Part shown: in pieces, positions 30,093 through 35,850 of the stretch | How the letters are laid out: each line of letters opens with the position of its first letter | Position numbering within the stretch: the first letter of the stretch is position 1 | DNA from: an uncultured delta proteobacterium | Lineage (GTDB): Bacteria; Myxococcota; Myxococcia; Myxococcales; Anaeromyxobacteraceae | DNA: 35,850 nt | Assembly: GCA_963766715.1 (NCBI GenBank) | Contig: CAVYBH010000005.1 | Coordinates: 1-35,850, forward strand | Direction: 5' to 3' | Program-made: the position numbers and the translations under genes | The notes under the pieces: model-generated | Databases searched by the model: none | Told to the model about the DNA's origin: nothing | What the model saw: only the letters and a program-made list of their open reading frames with translations

Positions 30093-31102
30093 ATGGTCCG
30101 GAGCCCGTCTCCCCGCCTCGCGCCGCTCGCCCCGCTTCTCCACGAGTTCTCGCAGAGCCGCGTGGTCGTCGTGGGCGACTTCGTCGCCGACGAGTACGTC
30201 TACGGCGAGACCGAGCGGATCAGCCGGGAGGCCCCGGTCCTCATCGTCCGCTTCGAGCGCAGCGAGCTGAAGCCCGGCGGGGCCGGGAACGCCGCCCAGA
30301 ACCTCGCCGCGCTCGGGGTCGACGTGCGTGCGGTCGGGCTGGTGGGCGCCGACGCGCTCGGCGTGCGCCTCGTGGCGGCGCTCCGGGCCGGCAAGGTCGG
30401 CGTGGGCGGGATCCAGCGGGTCCGGGGCCGGGCGACGGAGGCCAAGACCCGGATCCTCGCCGGCGGGCGCTCCACCCGGCGCCAGCAGATGCTGCGCGTC
30501 GACCGGACGCCCGATCCGGTCCCGGCGGCCGTCGAGCGGAAGCTCGTGGCCGACCTCCAGGCGGCCGCCCGCGGCGCCACGGCGATCCTGGCGAGCGACT
30601 ACGGCTCGGGGGTCCTCTCCCCGCGCGTGATCGAGGCCCTGCGCGCGCTGCGCCGGCGCGGGATCCCGGTCTGCGTCGACTCCCGGTACAACCTGAAGGG
30701 CTTCACCGGCCTCACCATGCTGAAGCCCAACGAGCCGGAGCTCGAGGCGGCCACCGGCATCCGCTGCGTCCACGCCGCAGGGGCTGGCCCGCGCGGCCAG
30801 GGCCCTGCAGCGCCGGCTCTCCTGCGAGAGCCTGCTCGTCACCCGGGGGCGCTACGGGATGTCGCTCTTCGAGCGCGGGCGCCCGCCGGTCCACCTCGAC
30901 GCGCACGGCGACAAGGAGGCGGTGGACGTCACCGGCGCGGGCGACACGGTGGCGGCCACCTACGCGGCCGCCATCGCCTCGGGCGCCGACGCGGTCGGGG
31001 CCATGCAGCCTCGCCAACGTCGCCGCCTCGCTGGTGGTCCTGAAGGCCGGCACGGCCACCGTGACGCGCGAGGAGATCCTGCGCGAGCTGCTGGGCGAAT
31101 GA
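30093..31102 (+). CDS. rfaE1: D-glycero-beta-D-manno-heptose-7-phosphate kinase (HldE kinase domain; frameshifts at ~30770-30810 and ~31008)
   Basis: VVGDFVADEYVYGETERISREAPV, PGGAGNAA, QQMLRVD, SDYGSG, KPNEPE, then DVTGAGDTV and LANVAASLVVLKAGTATV in other frames. Confidence 0.85.
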
Positions 31103-31620
31103 TGGCGACCCGCGTCCGACTCTCCGACCTCCCCGCCATCCGGGCCCGGGCCACGCGGGCCGGCAAGACCGTGGCGCTGGCGAACGGGATCTTCGACCTC
31201 TTCCACGTCGGGCACCTCCGCTACCTGGAGGGCGCCCGGGCGCTCGCCGACGTGCTCGTGGTGGCCGTGAACAGCGACGTCTCCACGCGCCGCAACAAGG
31301 GGCCAGGACGCCCGGTGGTCCCGCAGGACGAGCGGGCCGAGATCGTGGCCGCGCTGGCCTGCGTCGACCACGTGCTGGTCTTCGGGTCGAAGACGGTGGT
31401 CCCGATCATCCGGAAGCTCCGCCCCGACGTGCAGGTGAAGGGCACCGACTACACGCCCGAGACCATTCCCGAGGCCGCCGAGGTCCGGAAGTACGGGGGG
31501 CGGGTGGCGGTGGCCGGGGACCCCAAGGACCACTCCACGTCCGACCTGCTCGCCACCCTCGGAGCCCGCGCGCCGGTCCGGAGCCAGCGGCCCCGTGCGC
31601 GCCGGAAGGCCCGTCCGTGA
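31099..31620 (+). CDS. rfaE2: D-glycero-beta-D-manno-heptose-1-phosphate adenylyltransferase (HldE domain II)
   Basis: ANGIFDLFHVGHLRYL, VAVNSDVSTRRNKGPGRP, ERAEIVAALACVD, KGTDY and HSTS. Confidence 0.9.
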   Translation: MMATRVRLSDLPAIRARATRAGKTVALANGIFDLFHVGHLRYLEGARALADVLVVAVNSDVSTRRNKGPGRPVVPQDERAEIVAALACVDHVLVFGSKTVVPIIRKLRPDVQVKGTDYTPETIPEAAEVRKYGGRVAVAGDPKDHSTSDLLATLGARAPVRSQRPRARRKARP

Positions 31621-32541
31621 AGGTCTCCGGGTTCACCTTCGCGCGGAACGCCGTGCGCTATCGCTACCCGCTGGAGGCGGCCATCCGGTCGGTCCTTCCG
31701 CTCGTCGACGAGCTGGTCGTCAACGTGGGCATCTCCGACGACGGGACCCGGGAGCTGGTGGAGTCCATCCAGGACCCGCGCATCCTCATCCTCGACTCGA
31801 GATGGGACGACGCCCTCATCCAGTCGGGCCACGTCTACGCCGAGCAGACCGACATCGCGCTGGCCCGCTGCACCGGCGACGCCTGCATCTACTTCCAGGC
31901 CGACGAGCTCATCCACGAGGACGAGTACCCCACCGTGCGGGCGTCGCTCGACCGGATGATGGCGGACCCGGCGATCGAGGGGTTGCTCTTCGACTTCATC
32001 CACTTCTACGGCTCGTACCACACGGAGGGGGTCTCGAGACTCTGGGTCCGGCAGGGACGTCCGCGCCTTCCGGAACGGGCTGGGCGCGCGGTCCTGGAAG
32101 GACGCGCTGGGATTCCGCATCTGGGATCCCCCTCCGGACTGGACGGGCCCGGTGCCCAGGACCCTCAAGCGGGGCGATCCGGCGCGGAAGCTCCGCGTCG
32201 TCCCGAGCCAGGCGCGCATCTTCCACTACGGGTGGGTGCGCCCGCCCGACCTCCAGAAGGTCAAGCTGGCCGAGCAGGCGCGGTTCCACCACGGGGACGA
32301 GGCCGCCGAGCGCGTGCTCCAGGGAAGCTTCCAGTACGACGTCTCCGAGAAGGTGCGGCCGTTCGCCGGGACGCACCCGGCGCCCATCCGCGACCTCGTG
32401 GCCCGCAACGACTGGCCCTTCGAGCCCAGGCGGCGGTTCGTCCGGCGCGGCCACGTCCGCGTGGACCTGCTCGACCTCCTCGAGGACGCGACCGGCATCC
32501 GGATCGGCGAGTACAGGAACTACGACCTCATCCGCCGATGA
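31617..32541 (+). CDS. Glycosyltransferase family 2 (LPS core; frameshift at ~32030-32060)
   Basis: MKVSGFTFARNAVRYRYP..AIRSVLPLVDE, SDDGT, YFQADELIHE (DxD-like); the C-terminal IFHYGWVRPP...F.GTHP...IGEYRNY is in frame 32152. Confidence 0.82.
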
Positions 32542-32593
32542 CGGTCCCCGGCCTCCAGCGTGTCGCCCACCCCGGGCGCGGGGAGCCCGCCCG

Positions 32594-33709
32594 GTGAGGG
32601 TCCTCGAGCTGCTCTCGTCCCCGGCCTGGACCGGGCCCGCCGAGCCCATGGCGTCGGTGGCCGCCGAGCTGGCCCGGCGAGGCCACCACGTCGAGGTGGC
32701 GGTCGACGGGCGCAGGGAGGGGGACATCCAGGAGCGGCTGGCGGAGCGGGGCTTCCCGCCCCGGAGCGACCTGGCGCTCTCGACGAAGGGCGGGCCGCTC
32801 CAGTACCTCGGGGACCTCCTCCGGCTCCGCCGCGCGGCCCGGGACTTCGACGTGGTGCACGCCAACTTCTCGCACGACCACACCCTCGCGCTGCTGGCGG
32901 TCTCCCGCGACTCGACCCGGGTGGTGCGAACCGTCCACTCGGCGCGCTCCCTCGCCGACCGGGGGTTGCAGGGATGGGCCCATCGGCGCACGGACGGCCT
33001 CGTGGCGGTGTGCGAGGCGCACGCGGCCATCCTTCGCCAGCGGTTCGGCGTCGCCCCGGAGCGGGTGACGGCGGTGCGGGGTGCGGTGGATTCGACCGTC
33101 TTCTCGCCGGACGGGCCGGACCTCCGCGCCGAGCTCGGAATCGCCGCCGACGCGCCCGTGGCGGGGATCGTCTCCCGCGTGAAGCCGGACCGGCGTCACG
33201 CCGAGCTGGTGGACGCCTTCCAGGGGGTCGCCCGGCGCCTGCCCGGCGCGCGCCTGGTCGTGGTGGGGCGAGGGGAGGGTCTCCCCGATCTCCGGGCGCA
33301 CGTGGAACGCTCCGGGCTCGGGGAGCGGGTCGTCTTCGCCGGGTACCGGCGCGGCGCGGAGCTCGCGGCCGCGTACCGGACCTTCGACGTGAAGGTCCTG
33401 CTGGCCGAGGGCAACGACGGGACGTGCCGGGCGCTCCTCGAGGGCATGGCCAGCGGCCGCCCTGGGGTGGCCTGGGCGTTCGGGGCGCCGGCCGAGAGCA
33501 TCGTCCACGGGGAGACCGGACTGCTCGCGCCTCCCGACGACGTCGAGGCCCTCGGCCAGGCCATCGCCGACGTCCTCTCCCGCCCGGACCGGGGGCGGGC
33601 GATGGGGGCCGCGGCCCGGGCTCGCATGCAGGCGCTCTACACGGAGGAGGCCCGTGGGCGCGCCGTGGAGGCCTTCCTCGCGCACGTTCGAGCCCTGCCT
33701 CCTGCGTGA
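32594..33709 (+). CDS. Glycosyltransferase family 4
   Basis: [41 protein letters not shown] and [10 protein letters not shown]...[11 protein letters not shown]. The real start may be ATG 32538 if an indel is present. Confidence 0.85.
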   Translation: MRVLELLSSPAWTGPAEPMASVAAELARRGHHVEVAVDGRREGDIQERLAERGFPPRSDLALSTKGGPLQYLGDLLRLRRAARDFDVVHANFSHDHTLALLAVSRDSTRVVRTVHSARSLADRGLQGWAHRRTDGLVAVCEAHAAILRQRFGVAPERVTAVRGAVDSTVFSPDGPDLRAELGIAADAPVAGIVSRVKPDRRHAELVDAFQGVARRLPGARLVVVGRGEGLPDLRAHVERSGLGERVVFAGYRRGAELAAAYRTFDVKVLLAEGNDGTCRALLEGMASGRPGVAWAFGAPAESIVHGETGLLAPPDDVEALGQAIADVLSRPDRGRAMGAAARARMQALYTEEARGRAVEAFLAHVRALPPA

Positions 33710-33776
33710 AGGGGACCCGCTCGTTTCGTTGCGGGGGGAAGCGCCAGCGCGGTATGAGCATGCCCTGGAGGTGTCG

Positions 33777-33947
33777 ATGGCGCTCGCACCGGAGCTGAAG
33801 GAGATCCTCGCTTGCCCGAAGTGCAAGGGCGACCTCGAGTTCCACGAGGACCGGGGCGAGATCCACTGCACCAGATGCCGCCTCGCCTACGACATCCGGG
33901 ACGGGATCCCGGTGATGCTCGTCGAGGAGGCGAAGCCGCTCCCCTGA
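33777..33947 (+). CDS. Trm112/YcaR-family small Zn-finger protein
   Basis: [21 protein letters not shown]...[22 protein letters not shown]. Confidence 0.9.
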   Translation: MALAPELKEILACPKCKGDLEFHEDRGEIHCTRCRLAYDIRDGIPVMLVEEAKPLP

Positions 33948-33951
33948 CCCC

Positions 33952-34968
33952 GTGCGATTCCTCCTCATCCATCCGTCCTTCCTCGGCGACACGGTCTTCC
34001 TGGGGCCCGCCGTGCGGGCGCTCAAGGCGCGCTGGCCGGGAAGCGAGGTGGCGGTGGTGGTCTCCCCCCGCGGCGAGCCGGTGGCGCGGGGCCTCCCCGG
34101 GGTGGACGAGGTGTTCGTCTTCGACAAGCGCCGCGCCGACTCCGGACTGCGCGGAGCGCTGCGCCTGGGCGCCCGCCTTCGCGCCTTCGCCCCGGACGTG
34201 GCGCTCGTGTCCCACCCCTCGGCCCGCTCCGGGTCGGTGGCCTGGCTCTCCCGGGCACCGCGCCGCATCGGGTACGCGCCCCTGTGCAACGACCGGGTCT
34301 CGATCGACCGGGGCCGCACCTTCATCGACCGTTCGCTCTCGCTGGCGGCCCGCGCCGGCGCGCCCTCGGAGGACCGCCGCCTCCGGCTCGACCCGCCGGC
34401 CGGGCTCGAGGGCTACGCCTCCCAGGTCCTGCGAGGCGCGGCCCGGCCGCTCGTGGGCCTCATCCCGGGCGCCGAATGGGGCACGAAGCGGTGGGGGGAG
34501 GGGAAGTACGCAGAGCTGGCGAGGCGGCTCACCCTCGGCGGCGCGACCGTGCTCCTGCTGGGAGGTCCGGGCGAGCGCGACCTGGCCCGGCGGATCGCGG
34601 CCGGGAGCGGCGTCCCGCTCATCGACTCGACCGGGAACTCCATCGCCGAGGCCCTGGCCTTGCTCGCCCGGTGCGATCTGGTCGTCGGGGGGGACACCGG
34701 GCTCGTGCACTGCGCCCGCGCCCTCGGCCGGCCGGCGGTCCTGATCTTCGGCCCCACCGATCCGGCGAGGCACGTGTTCGGCGACGCGGAGCGGGTCCTC
34801 CGCGTCGATCTCGAATGCTCCCCGTGCCACGACCACGGTCCCGAGCGCTGCCCGCTCCAGCACCACCGGTGCATGGTCGACCTGGAGGTCGACCGCGTGG
34901 AGCGCGAGGCCCGTTCGCTGCTCGCGGCGCGGGCCGGGGGCGCCACCGATACGAGGGAGAACGCATGA
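33952..34968 (+). CDS. waaF: LPS heptosyltransferase (GT9, WaaF-like)
   Basis: PSFLGDTVF, PGAEWGTKRW, LLGGPGE, GDTGLVHCARALGRP, IFGPT and C-terminal CSPC...CP..HHRCM. Confidence 0.8.
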   Translation: MRFLLIHPSFLGDTVFLGPAVRALKARWPGSEVAVVVSPRGEPVARGLPGVDEVFVFDKRRADSGLRGALRLGARLRAFAPDVALVSHPSARSGSVAWLSRAPRRIGYAPLCNDRVSIDRGRTFIDRSLSLAARAGAPSEDRRLRLDPPAGLEGYASQVLRGAARPLVGLIPGAEWGTKRWGEGKYAELARRLTLGGATVLLLGGPGERDLARRIAAGSGVPLIDSTGNSIAEALALLARCDLVVGGDTGLVHCARALGRPAVLIFGPTDPARHVFGDAERVLRVDLECSPCHDHGPERCPLQHHRCMVDLEVDRVEREARSLLAARAGGATDTRENA

Positions 34969-35840
34969 TCCGCAGCATGACGGGCTTCGGGGCTGGCAAG
35001 GGAGGCGAGGGGGGCGAGGCCGTGGAGGCCGAGGTCCGCTCGGTGAACCACAAGTTCTGCGAGGTGAAGGTCCGCCTCCCGCGGGAGCTGGCGGCCCTCG
35101 AGACCGAGATCACCCGCTGGGTGAAGGAACGCCTGGCGCGGGGGGGCATCGACGTGTCCATCCGGCGCTCGTCCTCCCGGGCGGCCCTCTCGCCGCGCGT
35201 CGACGCGGAGCTGGCGGCCGAGTACGCGCGGGCCTTCGAGGACGTCCGGGCCCGGCTCGGCCTCGCGGGCGGCGTGGCGCTCTCCGACGTGCTCGCCGCG
35301 GCGGGCGTGGTCACGCTCGAGGAGCGGTCGGTCGACCTGGATGCAGCGCGCGGCTCGGTCGCCGCGGCGGTCTCGGCGGCCCTGGCCGGCCTCCTCTCCA
35401 TGAGGGAGCGCGAGGGAATCGCCCTCGCCCGCGACCTGGAGGGGCGCCTCGCCGTGGTCGAGTCGATCGCCGCACGGCTGGCCGAGGCGGCTCCCCGCAC
35501 GCTCGAGAGCTACCGGGCCCGGCTCGAGGAGCGGGTGGCCGAGCTCTCCCGCGGCCTGGCGCCGGATCCGGCGCGGCTGGCCACGGAGGTGGCGCTCTTC
35601 GCCGACCGCACCGACGTCACGGAGGAGCTGACCCGGCTCGCCAGCCACGTCGCGCAGATGAGGGCGCTGCTCGCCTCGGGCGAGCCGGCCGGGCGGAAGA
35701 TGGACTTCCTCGTCCAGGAGATGCACCGGGAGGCGAACACGGTGGGCTCGAAGTCGCAGAGCGCGGAGGCCGCCGCCGCGGTGGTCAACCTCAAGGCCGA
35801 GATCGAGCGCATGCGGGAGCAGGTCCAGAATGTCGAGTGA
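34965..35840 (+). CDS. yicC: YicC/YloC-family endoribonuclease
   Basis: MIRSMTGFG, EVRSVNHKF, RGGIDV, DVTEELTRL..H, GRKMDFLVQEMHREANTVGSKS and EIERMREQVQNVE. Confidence 0.94.
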   Translation: MIRSMTGFGAGKGGEGGEAVEAEVRSVNHKFCEVKVRLPRELAALETEITRWVKERLARGGIDVSIRRSSSRAALSPRVDAELAAEYARAFEDVRARLGLAGGVALSDVLAAAGVVTLEERSVDLDAARGSVAAAVSAALAGLLSMREREGIALARDLEGRLAVVESIAARLAEAAPRTLESYRARLEERVAELSRGLAPDPARLATEVALFADRTDVTEELTRLASHVAQMRALLASGEPAGRKMDFLVQEMHREANTVGSKSQSAEAAAAVVNLKAEIERMREQVQNVE

Positions 35841-35850
35841 GGCGCGGCAG

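Overview
Very GC-rich bacterial DNA whose gene content and style suggest Myxococcota (Anaeromyxobacter-like); the taxonomy is an inference. From left to right the window holds: the 5' part of sdhC (minus strand, missed by the ORF track); a LOG-family gene; a Cu(I) P1B-ATPase with tandem YHS domains; and a PA0069-type radical SAM gene. Next is an ~11.3 kb Tad/Flp (type IVc) pilus operon (5428-16699): a degenerate pilin-like ORF, flp, cpaA, tadE, cpaB, cpaC, cpaE, cpaF, tadB, tadC, tadD, a small lipoprotein, tadG and an ICMT/PEMT-family methyltransferase. The rest is an LPS/lipid A region: lpxB, a polyprenol-P-sugar synthase, marC, an acyl-CoA synthetase, a divergent EF-G paralog, a GyrI-like gene, msbA, a membrane-anchored PHP metallophosphoesterase, waaA, lpxK, lpxL, split hldA/hldC, GT2, GT4, a Trm112-like gene, a GT9 heptosyltransferase and yicC. 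About 20 or more frameshifts, mostly +1, fall in the Tad operon, with a few more at 30.7-32.1 kb, while 16.7-30.1 kb is clean. They look more like low-coverage long-read errors than real decay. The best leads are the PHP enzyme coupled between msbA and waaA (with an lpxB-coupled polyprenol-P-sugar synthase, a possible lipid A remodelling route), the Tad-linked methyltransferase, the E5R/Y6C pilin-like ORF, and an EF-G paralog with degenerate GTPase motifs. I saw no CRISPR array, tRNA, rRNA or mobile element.
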